Assembly: GCA_964016885.1 (NCBI GenBank)
Contig: OZ024745.1
Coordinates: forward strand, 118,792,001-118,856,000
DNA from: Eledone cirrhosa
Taxonomy: Eukaryota
Length of the DNA: 64,000 bases
Direction of reading: 5' to 3'
In this document: piece after piece, positions 34,099 to 47,440 of the stretch
Layout: each line of letters starts with the position of its first letter
How positions within the stretch are numbered: the first letter of the stretch is position 1
Position numbers and translations under genes: made by a program
The notes under the pieces: generated by a model
The model's input: the letters and a program-made list of their open reading frames with translations, nothing else
The model's database searches: none
Told to the model about the DNA's origin: nothing

Positions 34099-37000
34099 CC
34101 AGGTCCGCCCAGGTCCCCCCAGGTCCCTCTGTAATAGACTGGACGATAGGAACCCAGGTCCCCCCAGGTCCCCCCAGGTCCCTCTGTAATAGACTGGACG
34201 ATAGGAACCCAGGTCCCCCCAGGTCCCTCTGTAATAGACTGGACGATAGGAACCCAGGTCCCCCCCAGTAATAGACTGGACGATAGGAACCCAGGTCCGC
34301 CCAGGTCCCCCCAGGTCCCCCTGTAATAGACTGGACGATAGGAACCCAGGTACCCCAGGTCCCTCTGTAATAGACTGGACGATAGGAACCCAGGTACCCC
34401 AGGTCCCCCAGGTCCCTCTGTAATAGACTGGACGATAGGAACCCAGGTACCCCAGGTCCCCCCAGGTCCCTCTGTAATAGACTGGACGATAGGAACCCAG
34501 GTCCCCCCAGGTCCCCCCAGGTCCCTCTGTAATAGACTGGACGATAGGAACCCAGGTCCCCCCAGGTCCCCCCAGGTCCCCCTGTAATAGACTGGACGAT
34601 AGGAACCCAGGTACCCCAGGTCCCCCAGGTCCCTCTGTAATAGACTGGACGATAGGAACCCAGGTACCCCAGGTCCCCCAGGTCCCTCTGTAATAGACTG
34701 GACGATAGGAACCCAGGTACCCCAGGTCCCCCCAGGTCCCTCTGTAATAGACTGGACGATAGGAACCCAGGTACCCCAGGTCCCCCCAGGTCCCTCTGTA
34801 ATAGACTGGACGATAGGAACCCAGGTACCCCAGGTCCCCCAGGTCCCTCTGTAATAGACTGGACGATAGGAACCCAGGTCCCCCCAGGTCCCCCCAGGTC
34901 CCCCCAGGTCCCTCTGTAATAGACTGGACGATAGGAACCCAGGTACCCCAGGTCCCCCCAGGTCCCCCCAGGTCCCCCCAGGTCCCTCTGTAATAGACTG
35001 GACGATAGGAACCCAGGTACCCCAGGTCCCCCCAGGTCCCTCTGTAATAGACTGGACGATAGGAACCCAGGTCCCCCCAGGTCCCTCTGTAATAGACTGG
35101 ACGATAGGAACCCAGGTACCCCAGGTCCCCCCAGGTCCCTCTGTAATAGACTGGACGATAGGAACCCAGGTCCCCCCAGGTCCCTCTGTAATAGACTGGA
35201 CGATAGGAACCCAGGTCCCCCCAGGTCCCCCAGGTCCCTCTGTAATAGACTGGACGATAGGAACCCAGGTACCCCAGGTCCCCCCAGGTCCCCCTGTAAT
35301 AGACTGGACGATAGGAACCCAGGTACCCCAGGTCCCCCCAGGTCCCTCTGTAATAGACTGGACGATAGGAACCCAGGTACCCCAGGTCCCTCCAGGTCCC
35401 TCTGTAATAGACTGGACGATAGGAACCCAGGTCCCCCCAGGTCCCCCTGTAATAGACTGGACGATAGGAACCCAGGTACCCCGGGTCCCCCCAGGTCCCT
35501 CTGTAATAGACTGGACGATAGGAACCCAGGTCCCCCCAGGTCCCTCTGTAATAGACTGGACGATAGGAACCCAGGTCCCCCCAGGTCCCCCAGGTCCCTC
35601 TGTAATAGACTGGACGATAGGAACCCAGGTACCCCAGGTCCCCCCAGGTCCCTCTGTAATAGACTGGACGATAGGAACCCAGGTACCCCAGGTCCCCCCA
35701 GGTCCCCCTGTAATAGACTGGACGATAGGAACCCAGGTACCCCAGGTCCCCCCAGGTCCCTCTGTAATAGACTGGACGATAGGAACCCAGGTACCCCAGG
35801 TCCCTCCAGGTCCCTCTGTAATAGACTGGACGATAGGAACCCAGGTCCCCCCAGGTCCCCCTGTAATAGACTGGACGATAGGAACCCAGGTCCCCCAGGT
35901 CCCCCCAGGTCCCTCTGTAATAGACTGGACGATAGGAACCCAGGTCCCCCCAGGTCCCTCTGTAATAGACTGGACGATAGGAACCCAGGTACCCCAGGTC
36001 CCCCCAGGTCCCTCTGTAATAGACTGGACGATAGGAACCCAGGTCCCCCAGGTCCCTCCAGGTCCCTCTGTAATAGACTGGACGATAGGAACCCAGGTAC
36101 CCCAGGTCCCCCCAGGTCCCTCTGTAATAGACTGGACGATAGGAACCCAGGTCCCCCAGGTCCCTCCAGGTCCCTCTGTAATAGACTGGACGATAGGAAC
36201 GCAGGTCCCCCCAGGTCCCCCTGTAATAGACTGGACGATAGGAACCCAGGTCCCCCAGGTCCCCCCAGGTCCCTCTGTAATAGACTGGACGATAGGAACC
36301 CAGGTCCCCCCAGGTCCCCCTGTAATAGACTGGACGATAGGAACCCAGGTCCCCCAGGTCCCCCCAGGTCCCTCTGTAATAGACTGGACGATAGGAACCC
36401 AGGTCCCCCCAGGTCCCTCTGTAATAGACTGGACGATAGGAACCCAGGTACCCCAGGTCCCTCCAGGTCCCTCTGTAATAGACTGGACGATAGGAACCCA
36501 GGTCCCCCCAGGTCCCCCTGTAATAGACTGGACGATAGGAACCCAGGTACCCCAGGTCCCCCCAGGTCCCTCTGTAATAGACTGGACGATAGGAACCCAG
36601 GTCCCCCCAGGTCCCTCTGTAATAGACTGGACGATAGGAACCCAGGTCCCCCCAGGTCCCCCAGGTCCCTCTGTAATAGACTGGACGATAGGAACCCAGG
36701 TACCCCAGGTCCCCCCAGGTCCCTCTGTAATAGACTGGACGATAGGAACCCAGGTACCCCAGGTCCCCCCAGGTCCCCCTGTAATAGACTGGACGATAGG
36801 AACCCAGGTACCCCAGGTCCCCCCAGGTCCCTCTGTAATAGACTGGACGATAGGAACCCAGGTACCCCAGGTCCCTCCAGGTCCCTCTGTAATAGACTGG
36901 ACGATAGGAACCCAGGTCCCCCAGGTCCCCCCAGGTCCCTCTGTAATAGACTGGACGATAGGAACCCAGGTCCCCCCAGGTCCCCCTGTAATAGACTGGA

Positions 37001-38655
37001 CGATGGGAACCCAGGTCCCCCAGGTCCCCCCAGGTCCCTCTGTAATAGACTGGACGATAGGAACCCAGGTCCCCCCAGGTCCCTCTGTAATAGACTGGAC
37101 GATAGGAACCCAGGTACCCCAGGTCCCCCCAGGTCCCTCTGTAATAGACTGGACGATAGGAACCCAGGTCCCCCAGGTCCCTCCAGGTCCCTCTGTAATA
37201 GACTGGACGATAGGAACCCAGGTACCCCAGGTCCCCCCAGGTCCCTCTGTAATAGACTGGACGATAGGAACCCAGGTCCCCCAGGTCCCTCCAGGTCCCT
37301 CTGTAATAGACTGGACGATAGGAACGCAGGTCCCCCCAGGTCCCCCTGTAATAGACTGGACGATAGGAACCCAGGTCCCCCAGGTCCCCCCAGGTCCCTC
37401 TGTAATAGACTGGACGATAGGAACCCAGGTCCCCCCAGGTCCCCCTGTAATAGACTGGACGATAGGAACCCAGGTCCCCCAGGTCCCCCCAGGTCCCTCT
37501 GTAATAGACTGGACGATAGGAACCCAGGTCCCCCAGGTCCCTCTGTAATAGACTGGACGATAGGAACCCAGGTCCCCCCAGGTCCCTCTGTAATAGACTG
37601 GACGATAGGAACCCAGGTCCCCCAGGTCCCTCCAGGTCCCTCTGTAATAGACTGGACGATAGGAACCCAGGTACCCCAGGTCCCCCCAGGTCCCTCTGTA
37701 ATAGACTGGACGATAGGAACCCAGGTCCCCCAGGTCCCCCCAGGTACCTCTGTAATAGACTGGACGATAGGAACCCAGGTACCCCAGGTACCCCAGGTCC
37801 CCCTGTAATAGACTGGACGATAGGAACCCAGGTACCCCAGGTCCCCCCAGGTCCCTCTGTAATAGACTGGACGATAGGAACCCAGGTACCCCAGGTACCC
37901 CAGGTCCCCCTGTAATAGACTGGACGATAGGAACCCAGGTACCCCAGGTCCCCCCAGGTCCCTCTGTAATAGACTGGACGATAGGAACCCAGGTCCCCCC
38001 AGGTCCCTCTGTAATAGACTGGACGATAGGAACCCAGGTACCCCCAGGTCCCTCTGTAATAGACTGGACGATAGGAACCCAGGTCCCCCAGGTCCCCCTG
38101 TAATAGACTGGACGATAGGAACCCAGGTCCCCCAGGTCCCTCTGTAATAGACTGGACGATAGGAACCCAGGTCCCCCCAGGTCCCCCTGTAATAGACTGG
38201 ACGATAGGAACCCAGGTCCCCCATGTCCCTCTGTAATAGACTGGACGATAGGAACCCAGGTCCCCCCAGGTCCCCCTGTAATAGACTGGACGATAGGAAC
38301 CCAGGTCCCCCAGGTCCCTCTGTAATAGACTGGACGATAGGAACCCAGGTCCCCCCAGGTCCCCCTGTAATAGACTGGACGATAGAAACCCAGGTACCCC
38401 AGGTCCCCCAGGTCCCCCCAGGTCCCCCTGTAATAGACTGGACGATAGGAACCCAGGTCCCCCCAGGTCCCCCTGTAATAGACTGGACGATAGGAACCCA
38501 GGTACCCCAGGTCCCTCCAGGTCCCTCTGTAATAGACTGGACGATAGGAACCCAGGTACCCCAGGTCCCCCCAGGTCCTTCTGTAATAGACTGGACGATA
38601 GGAACCCAGGTACCCCAGGTCCCTCCAGGTCCCTCTGTAATAGACTGGACGATAA
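34099..38655. repeat. Compound minisatellite: constant core plus 2-5 short CCAGGT subunits
   Basis: Core CTGTAATAGACTGGACGATAGGAAC separated by variable numbers of 9-10 nt CCAGGT(A/C)CC(C) subunits; roughly 90 units. Confidence 0.95.
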
Positions 38656-38921
38656 GTCGGTCTATTGGAAATCACCAACGAGTGCGTGTATGAATTAGAA
38701 TATCTGAGTACACCGGTGTGCGCCTGTGAAACCAGAAGTAATTGGTAGTGTGTGCGCATGTGCGAGTCAGTCTGTTATGATGTAATACGAACGAACACGT
38801 GGTAAAATCAATAAAAAATGATTTGTTTGTTTGTTTTTTGCTGTTGCTGTCGTTGCAGCTGCAGCTGCTGCTGTTCTGTGGCTCTTGTTGCTGCTCAAGC
38901 TGAATGTCTTCGACTGAGTGG

Positions 38922-38924
<3 letters not shown>

Positions 38925-38952
<28 letters not shown>

Positions 38953-39162
38953 AACATATGTATTTATGTATGTATATATATGTGTTTGTGTATGTATGTA
39001 TGTATGTATGTATGTATGTATGTATGTATGTATGTATGTGTGTGTGTGTGTGTGAACATATGTATTTATGTATGTATATATATGTGTTTGTGTATGTATG
39101 TATGTATGTATGTATGTATGTATGTATGTATGTATGTATGTATGTATGTATGTATGTATGTA

Positions 39163-39201
<39 letters not shown>

Positions 39202-39260
39202 ATATGTATTTATGTATGTATATATATGTGTTTGTGTATGTATGTATCTATGTATGTATG

Positions 39261-39321
<61 letters not shown>

Positions 39322-39346
39322 ATATGTATTTATGTATGTATATATA

Positions 39347-39391
<45 letters not shown>

Positions 39392-39408
39392 ATATGTATT
39401 TATGTATG

Positions 39409-39461
<53 letters not shown>

Positions 39462-39508
39462 ATATGTATTTATGTATGTATATATATGTTTTTGTGTATG
39501 TGTATGCA

Positions 39509-39539
<31 letters not shown>

Positions 39540-39584
39540 ATATGTATTTATGTATGTATATATATGTTTTTGTGTATGTGTATG

Positions 39585-39623
<39 letters not shown>

Positions 39624-39668
39624 ATATGTATTTATGTATGTATATATATGTTTTTGTGTATGTGTATG

Positions 39669-39703
<35 letters not shown>

Positions 39704-39854
39704 ATATGTATTTATGTATGTATATATATGTGTTTGTGTATGTATGTATGTATGTATGTATGTATGTATGTATGTATGTATGTATGTATGTATGTGTGTG
39801 TATGTGTGTGTGTATTTATGTATGTATATATATGTTTTTGTGTATGTGTATGCA

Positions 39855-39885
<31 letters not shown>

Positions 39886-39923
39886 ATATGTATTTATATA
39901 TGTATATATATGTTTTTGTGTAT

Positions 39924-39977
<54 letters not shown>

Positions 39978-40010
39978 ATATGTATTTATGTATGTATATA
40001 TATGTTTTTG

Positions 40011-40077
<67 letters not shown>

Positions 40078-40129
40078 ATATGTATTTATGTATGTATTTA
40101 TGTAAGTATATATATATGTTTTTGTGTAT

Positions 40130-40193
<64 letters not shown>

Positions 40194-40308
40194 ATATGTA
40201 TTTATGTATGTATATATATGTTTTTGTGTATGTGTGTATGTATGTTTGTGTGTGTGTGTGTGTATATATGTATGTGTGTGTATATGTATATGTGCGTATG
40301 TATGTATA
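38925..40308. repeat. Compound microsatellite/minisatellite with a recurring GAATATATGTATTTATGTATG spacer
   Basis: Seen directly in the sequence. Confidence 0.9.
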
Positions 40309-40309
40309 T

Positions 40310-41392
40310 TCTTCTGGTTTTATAATTTCACAAAGTTTTGCCAATAGAGAGAGAGAGAGAGAGTTTCTAGCAAAGACCCAGGACTCTCTCATTTGAATTT
40401 ACACAACATCAACTAGGTAGATATGTATGTCTGCATGTGTAGATATGGATGTTATTGTATGTGTGGATGTGGATGTTTTGAGTTGTATGTCTGCATGTGT
40501 AGATATGGATGTTATTGTATGTGTGGATGTGGATGTTTTGAGTTGTATGTCTGCATGTGTAGATATGGATGTTATTGTATGTGTGGATGTGGATGTTTTG
40601 AGTTGTATGTCTGCATGTGTATATGCTTTGCGTCTGTACATGTGTATATGCAGTTATTAGATGCAGAATTTTTGGAATGTTTTACATATTTTTACTGTTC
40701 CATTAATGGATTGTACTCCCTGAGAACTACGTTAAGGCTACACGTGTCTGTGGACTACTCAGTTACTTGCATGTTAATTCGATGAACTGGCTGTTCTGTT
40801 GTTGGAACAACTGAAACACTGGTCGTCTGAGCGTGAGTATGTAAGTGTATCTATGAACCTGTAACTCCCGAGGTAGCCGTAGGGTGGCGCTGCCTCAACA
40901 TGCGGCATTTCTAGGGCAATTTTTATATGTTTTTAACCTGGCGGAGCCCATCTCTCCCCGAGGTCCTCCTCTAATAGATTCGACTATAGGAACCCATCCC
41001 CCCCGCTAATAGATTCGACAATAGGAACCCATCTCATCCCCTGTAATAGAGTCGACAATAGGAACCCATCTCACCCCCTGTAATAGAGTCGACAATAGGA
41101 ACCCATCTCACCCCCTGTAATAGAGTCGACAATAGGAACCCATCTCACCCCCTGTAATAGAGTCGACAATAGGAACCCATCTCACCCCCTGTAATAGAGT
41201 CGACAATAGGAACCCATCTCACCCCCTGTAATAGAGTCGACAATAGGAACCCATCTCACCCCCTGTAATAGAGTCGACAATAGGAACCCATCTCACCCCC
41301 TGTAATAGAGTCGACAATAGGAACCCATCTCACCCCCTGTAATACATATTTTTACTGTTCCATTAATGGATTGTACTTGTAATTTCCTAACT
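40310..41392 (-). mobile_element. R4/Dong-like LINE 3' end with a 3x60-bp internal tandem, interrupted by a copy of 32466-32800
   Basis: Reverse complement of 46797-47108 (VRKLQVQSINGTVKICK plus 3'UTR). Confidence 0.8.
40970..41343. repeat. Second, homogeneous array of the 37-bp minisatellite (about 10 copies)
   Basis: CCCCCTGTAATAGAGTCGACAATAGGAACCCATCTCA repeated. Confidence 0.95.
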
Positions 41393-42704
41393 ATGTATGT
41401 ATGTATGTATGTATGTATGTATGTATGTATGTATGTATGTATGTGTGAATGCATGTATGTGTGTGTGTGTATGTGTATGTATGTGTATATGTATGTATAT
41501 ATGTATATGTGCGTGTGTATGTGTGTCTGAATGTATGTATGTGACTGTGTATGTATGGATAGATGTATGTATGTGTATGCGCGTGTGTGTATATTTTTGT
41601 GTGTGTATGTTTGTGTGTATCTATGTATGTATGTGTATATATGTATGTATATGTATGTATATATGTATCTATGTATGTATGCATGCATGTATGTGTCTGT
41701 GTGTATTTGTATGTATGTATGTATGTATGTATGTATGTATGTATGTATGTATGTATGTATAGGTGGATGTATTCATTAGTGTGTGTGTGTGACTGTAATC
41801 TATATCTGTCTGTTTGGTGGTAAATATATGCATTCCCTTCCCTGTGTAAACATGTTAGTCTAAATATAGTTATGTGTGTGTCTGTGTGTGTATGTGTGTT
41901 AGTGTGTGTACGTGTGTGTCTGTGTGTACGTGTGTGTGTGAGTGTGTGTGTGAGTGTGTGTGAGTATGTATGCACGCCCGTTTTTATGTGTGTGAATATG
42001 ATTACCTCCTTACATATTTGTATGTGTATATTTAAAAAATCTTTAGTATTCCTGCACAGACACTACACACACACACAGACATGTAAATGCCCGTACATAT
42101 ATTCACACAGACACACAGACACTCACACACAAACAGACACACACACACGGAAACGCCCGTACATATATTCGCACACACACACACTCAACACACATACATA
42201 CGCACACACACGGACACGCAAACTTGTACATATATTCACACACACACTTACACGCTCGAAAACGCCTATACATATACACACACACGGACACGAAAACATC
42301 CTCACATATATTCACACAGACACACACACACACACACACACATACACATGCTATGCTTGTATATAATATTGTGTAGAATTTACTGTGTGTATATACGGAG
42401 TAATTTCAAGAAAACCCCAATAAATCTTTGTTTAACTCTGCTATTTATAGTACTGTTATTCTTGTTATTACTGTTGTCGTTGATGTGCTTGTCTCTTATG
42501 CAATTTGGCGCGCTTTTTAAGGATTTTGTCAACTATATTAATTAGAGTAATTTTGTGCGCATGAGTGAATCTGTGTATTCAAATAACAATGTTGCTTAAT
42601 TCATGTCAACTTAGAATAAACAGAAGATATTCCAGATGTGACCATCCCGTCTTTTTTAGAAGAATGTAGAACTACATTATCTAATTCTTCCTTTCTGTAT
42701 TTAA

Positions 42705-42971
42705 CCTGTTGACTGCCGCGTATATTTTACACAGCTACAGTTGCTGTTCCGGTTCCCCCCCCCCCCCCAGTAAAATGACCATTCTGATTGACAAAGATCA
42801 CATCAATAAACTAGTAACCCCATCTAGCTTCAAAGTTATGAACCGTTAGAAACAAGTTCATAACTTTGAAGTTATGAACTGTTGGAAACGAGTTCAGACA
42901 TGTTATCTCGTTCGTGGCACTGGAATGCATACACGTTAGGACGAGTTATCTCGTCTACGGCACTGAAAAGC
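42705..42971. mobile_element. Possible piggyBac-like MITE
   Basis: TTAA on both sides; degenerate TIRs CCTGTTGACTGCCG / CGGCACTGAAAAGC. It interrupts an old dispersed repeat. Confidence 0.45.
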
Positions 42972-43339
42972 TTAAGAGAGTGGAGTGCAAATTCAGATAA
43001 TTTTGGCTGCTATTTCTAGCATATCGAGTACCTTTGTAGAGGTTCCCTAAAAAATCTGATTTAACATCGTTAATTTTATTTAGTTTATTCATTCTTTAAA
43101 TGCTTAGTTAGAGGAGGAACGGGCAATGCTCATGACCCGTTTTAGGGTGTCCAAGATTGGTAGGAGAAATAGTATCTTCAGATCAGAGAAGTGACAGGGA
43201 TACTTACACAAGACAGACCTCGCCAAAGGCACTCAATGATTAGATAGTAGTATTAAACAAAGCAATCAGTTATGTCTGCCACTGAACAGCAAGTATGGTC
43301 CTTCTGAAGAGCTTCATTACAGTTACCTTCAACCTAATT

Positions 43340-43465
43340 TCACTCACACATATATGGTTACCCGAGGATGTGGTAGAAAACATTGCCCAAGGTGCCATGC
43401 AATAGGATCGAACACGAAGCCATATACTTGTGTAGCAAAGTTCTTAATCACAGAGCGATGCCTCC
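43340..43465 (-). mobile_element. tRNA-derived CORE-like SINE head
   Basis: Minus strand has a GTTCGATCC B box followed by GCACCTTGGGCAA. Confidence 0.6.
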
Positions 43466-43529
43466 ACTCATCTTCCATCCAAATTTTTATTCTTAGATTA
43501 TTTGATATAAAGTGGATAAGGATTTCACT

Positions 43530-43710
43530 TTAGGCACAAGGCCAGCAATTTTTAGGAGGGGAAAGTCGATTAAATCGACTGGTGCTTATTTTATCGACCC
43601 CGTAAGAATGAAAGGCAAAGCTAACCTCTGTGGAATTTGAACTCAGAACGTAAAAGGGCCATAACTCCCTACCATGCAGCAGGGTGTCCGACGCTCTACC
43701 GATACTGCCA
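43530..43710 (-). mobile_element. Family A SINE (another copy at 44080-44291)
   Basis: Reverse complement of the consensus. Confidence 0.8.
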
Positions 43711-44319
43711 AGAGTTCACAAGCCATCAGACGCACCTTTAAACAATATAAAAGTACTTAAAAACAAACTACGAGAGTTAAGACTTTGTTATAAGAACGTG
43801 GGACTGTCAACCGTAAGTTTGCATTAAACCCATAAGCTGTATATTACAATATGAAAGGATTTGCCGTTAAGGCTGTAAATATTCTTCCCGAAAATATCTG
43901 GAGGCATTCAGGAGAGGAATATAAAATGTTAATAAGCAGCCCAATAGTGATATAGAATGGTTAAATAGATTACATTGTGAGTCTTATGTCAAGCCCTCTC
44001 TTAAAATGTATATATGATTTCAAAAGTACTGATTGGAAAATAAGAAACTGAAGGCGGTTTACAATTAGTGATTTCTTATATAGACACAAGGCCAGCAATT
44101 TTTTTGGGGGGAGGGGAAAGTCGATTAAATCGACCTCAGTACGTTATTGGTGCTGTATTTTATCGACCCCCGTAAGGATGAAAGGCAAAGTTAACTTCAG
44201 CGGGATTTGAACTCAGATCATAAAGGGCTGTAATTCTATGCTGAAAAGCATGGCATCCGATCCTCCACTCATACTGCCAATCCACTGCCCTGTTTACAAT
44301 TAATAAAATCCTATTCTAT

Positions 44320-45710
44320 AACGTTGTTTGCAGTAGTAGTTCGGATACCAACATATTGGATATTAGACCGGATACTTGGAGAGATCTGCTACTTGAACAT
44401 CAAGACTACAACGCCATTAACCACCAATAGTAACTTCCACATCTACTGTAACATTGATGGGATCTATGTTAGATGGAGAAATGAAGGAATTGGCATACAT
44501 CTTAGTCTAAAGGCCTTTGTGTACCAGATCGTATCACTGAGAAATACCAACTGGACAATGAAAGGAGAAATGAGTACATCACATTTGTACTCTGTTATAA
44601 TGGTGTGACCCACCTGTTTTCACGTGTATACTGCATCTAGCTATCAGTTGAGGTTTCCAGTAAATTTGTTGGTAGATAGGATGCGGGAAATGATGAGTAT
44701 GGCCCAGGTAAAATCCCGTGACTGAAGGCCCGAATTCACAACAGAAAGAGGGTAAGTCCCTTGTATGTCAGGGTGTTATAATGGTGTGACACACCTGTTT
44801 AGTATGCCAGTACGAAACGAGGGTAACACCCAAGGTATTCACCAGGTGCAATTCCCAACTACAAACGAGAGACTCCGTACACACAGTTGCCATGACAGTT
44901 CACTTCAGTTCTTATTTATAGAGTTTCGTCTAGTCCACTTTTAGTTACGCGGGGGTGTTCAGGGTCCCCCCCCCCCACAACATATTCAACAGTGAAATAT
45001 CCTGAGAGTGATGAAGACATTCTCAACTGGTTTATATTACTTAAGACTAGTTGCACTACAACACTGTTTACAACGCCATCTGTACAGTATAACAAGGATG
45101 AAACCACTCCTTCATGATAAGGGCTGCTGGTGGAACATTCAAATAAAAACTACAATCTGGTGCAAATACAGCAGAGTTGGGTTTCTTTTATAGTGAAGGA
45201 ATAAAAAGTAGTAAATCTAATCTAATCTAATTTACACTCGAAAATACGAAGAACCAGGGCCGCCCCTAGCTAGGAGCATTGGATTTGGTGTACTTCATAT
45301 TTGTTTCAGTTGCTGAATACAATCAGGGGTCGCTGCTTCTCCTGAGGGTCAATAGTTCTCTTCTAATTCGAGCAGGAGCACCTTTCCATTGTCAATTTGC
45401 AATGATCATCTGCAAAGCCGCATTGTTCTCAGAACCACTACACCAGTCTTTCGATACGTAGTAGTAAAGGAGTGTATTATCGACCGTTTTGATAAAAGAA
45501 ATCATCAATGGAAGACTAATACGGAAATTACAGCTCTCGTATAGTGGCTATAGATAAACATTTGTACCTATTATCCTTGATTAATAACAAACTTGCATAG
45601 AAACATAGAAATACAGAGGTTCTCCAAAAAAGACCAAATCACGGAAATCCCATCAATCGGTGGTACAGTGAAGATTTACAAAGTATTTACAAAATTCTTC
45701 ATGGGAGATT
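44320..45710 (+). mobile_element. Highly decayed R4/Dong-like LINE, interrupted by an LTR
   Basis: FAVVVRIPTYWILD..NIKTT..NFHIYCNIDGIYVRWRNEGIG resembles the R4 RT thumb. WWNIQIKT and SIGGTVKIYKVF match the endonuclease C-terminus seen at 50000-50758. Confidence 0.6.
44593..44982 (-). mobile_element. Solo-LTR-like element with duplicated end
   Basis: TG...CA ends with 5-bp flanks TACTC/TATTC. 44774-44982 is the reverse complement of 53989-54194. Confidence 0.7.
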
Positions 45711-46182
45711 CATGGAATGAGCTTAGAGTCACAATTACGTGGGCATTCTGCCTTAACATACAGACACCCCCGTACAGACATATTACCTGTATCTCAGTTT
45801 CGAGAATATCCATCCCTTGAACTCTTTCTCATGCATCGTTGGTAGCAACAAGGACTTAAGTTCCTTCTGCATCGAAAGGAAATAGAAAAGGCCATGCTCA
45901 AGCAACACGTGAATGACGTTTTGATGCCTGTGCTGAAGTTTTATTAAGTCAGGAAAAGCCTTGCATTGGATCAATCTCATTCTCTGAACAACGGTGACAG
46001 GTATCCAAAATGAAGAACTTATCATTGGCTGCCATCGTGTCGCAGGATTTTCTTCATCTAGAAGAATGTTCTAACAAGAACTAGAGCACCTCACTCCCAG
46101 TGGGTTAACCGTGCTCTTGAGAACCAAGCCAAGTATTTCTATGTCACGCGCACATGTATGCATACATACATACATACATACA

Positions 46183-46410
46183 TGATGGCTTCCCCCTCGT
46201 TATCGAGTATGGCTATTGCACGATATAACATTATTAATAATTATCAATTAATGCTATCGTGCAATGTCTGCGCTTGAAGATTTTTTTTAAGTGAGAAAAG
46301 ACTGTGCACTGAGCCAATCCCACTCTCTGAGCGACAGTAGCTATAACCCGAAAAGAAGAAAAGATCAACATCATCGGTAACTACTGAGCCGCACGTTTTA
46401 TGTCGGAGTT
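46183..46410 (-). mobile_element. RTE-like LINE/SINE 3' end with (TGTA)n tail (related copy at 47570-47840)
   Basis: The two segments are homologous and end in GCCATCAT plus (GTAT)n on the minus strand. Confidence 0.5.
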
Positions 46411-46484
46411 ATCACCCCCCCCCCCCCCCACGCACACACACACATACGTACATATACATATACATAGGAAGACATACATATACA

Positions 46485-47112
46485 TAATATGAAAGAGTAC
46501 TGGTGGAATGTTCCAGTAAAAACCCCAACAAAATGCAGGTATAACAGACCAAATATAATGATATGGGACAGGGAAAAGAAGGCATGCACAGTAGTGGAAG
46601 TTAGCTGCTCAGCAGATGCCAATATAATATCAAAGGAGAATATTTATGCAGAACTAATGAGAAATCTGCTGATACTCCATCCTGATTACACCTTCAGATG
46701 TATGCCTGTGATTATTTGGGCACTGGGGTATGTTAGTAACTGCCTCAATACAAATCTTGAGAAGCTGGGCTTCACAGGAACAGAAAGAACACAACTAGTT
46801 AGGAAATTACGAGTACAATCCATTAATGGAACAGTAAAATATGTAAAACATTCCAAAAATTTTGCATTTAATAACTGCATGTACGCTTGTACAGATACAA
46901 ATCATAAACCCATGCACATATACAACTCAAAACATACACATCCACACATACAATAACATCCATACCTGCACACACATGTATGCATGCTGACGTGCATACA
47001 TATCTACCTAGTTGTTGTTGTGTAAATTCCAATGAGAGAGTCTTGTATCTATGTTAGAAACCGACTCTTTCTCCATTGGCAACAATTTGTGGAATTATAA
47101 AACCAGAACGAA
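46485..47112 (+). mobile_element. R4/Dong-like LINE 3' end (restriction-like endonuclease and 3'UTR)
   Basis: EYWWNVPVKT..YNRPNIMIWDREKKACTVVEVSC..PVIIWALGYV. Confidence 0.85.
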
Positions 47113-47172
47113 CGAACATACATACATACATACATACATACATACATACATACATACATACATACATACATA

Positions 47173-47440
47173 CATGATGGCTGCAAACTCTGCCAAGAGT
47201 ATTGCAATCGCTTGTCAGATTCAGATGTGTGACGCTGGGATATTGCTTTTCAAGCCTGCTAGAGACTTGCACTCCCTCACACACTGACGCCAACTATGGA
47301 CCTCCCTGGCTTGAGGTCCTGCATCGGGAACCCTCACAACACCGTGGAGATCATAGGTCACCTGTTCTGTTTGAACATAGCTGCGACTGTGGCTCATGAG
47401 ACCAGATTTGCTCAAGCAAATCTTTCCACACTCAGGGCAT
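47173..47440 (-). mobile_element. LINE 3' end with C2H2-like fingers (RTE-like)
   Basis: [20 protein letters not shown] and QCVRECKSLAGLKS, followed by GCCATCAT(GTAT)n. Confidence 0.55.

Noticed and set aside
34130-34160. Satellite core CTGGACGA..GGAAC as a hammerhead
   Set aside because: It deviates from CUGANGA and GAAA, and no stems II or III can be formed.
34099-38655. CRISPR-like array (constant 25-nt repeat with variable spacers)
   Set aside because: The spacers are only different counts of the same CCAGGT subunit, there are no cas genes, and the context is eukaryotic.
34062-38759. 1565-aa and 1385-aa ORFs as genuine genes or a neuropeptide precursor
   Set aside because: All three minus frames are open because the unit lacks stops. 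The peptide motif switches frame repeatedly, and there is no signal peptide or dibasic cleavage site.
38818-38930. Cys-rich signal-peptide-like ORF start (MICLFVFCCCC...)
   Set aside because: It derives from TG/CTG low complexity and runs straight into a (GT)n tract with no credible splice donor.
47221-47440. C2H2 zinc-finger host gene
   Set aside because: These are isolated degenerate fingers without TGEKP linkers, followed by a retroposon-type microsatellite tail; a LINE C-terminus explains them better.
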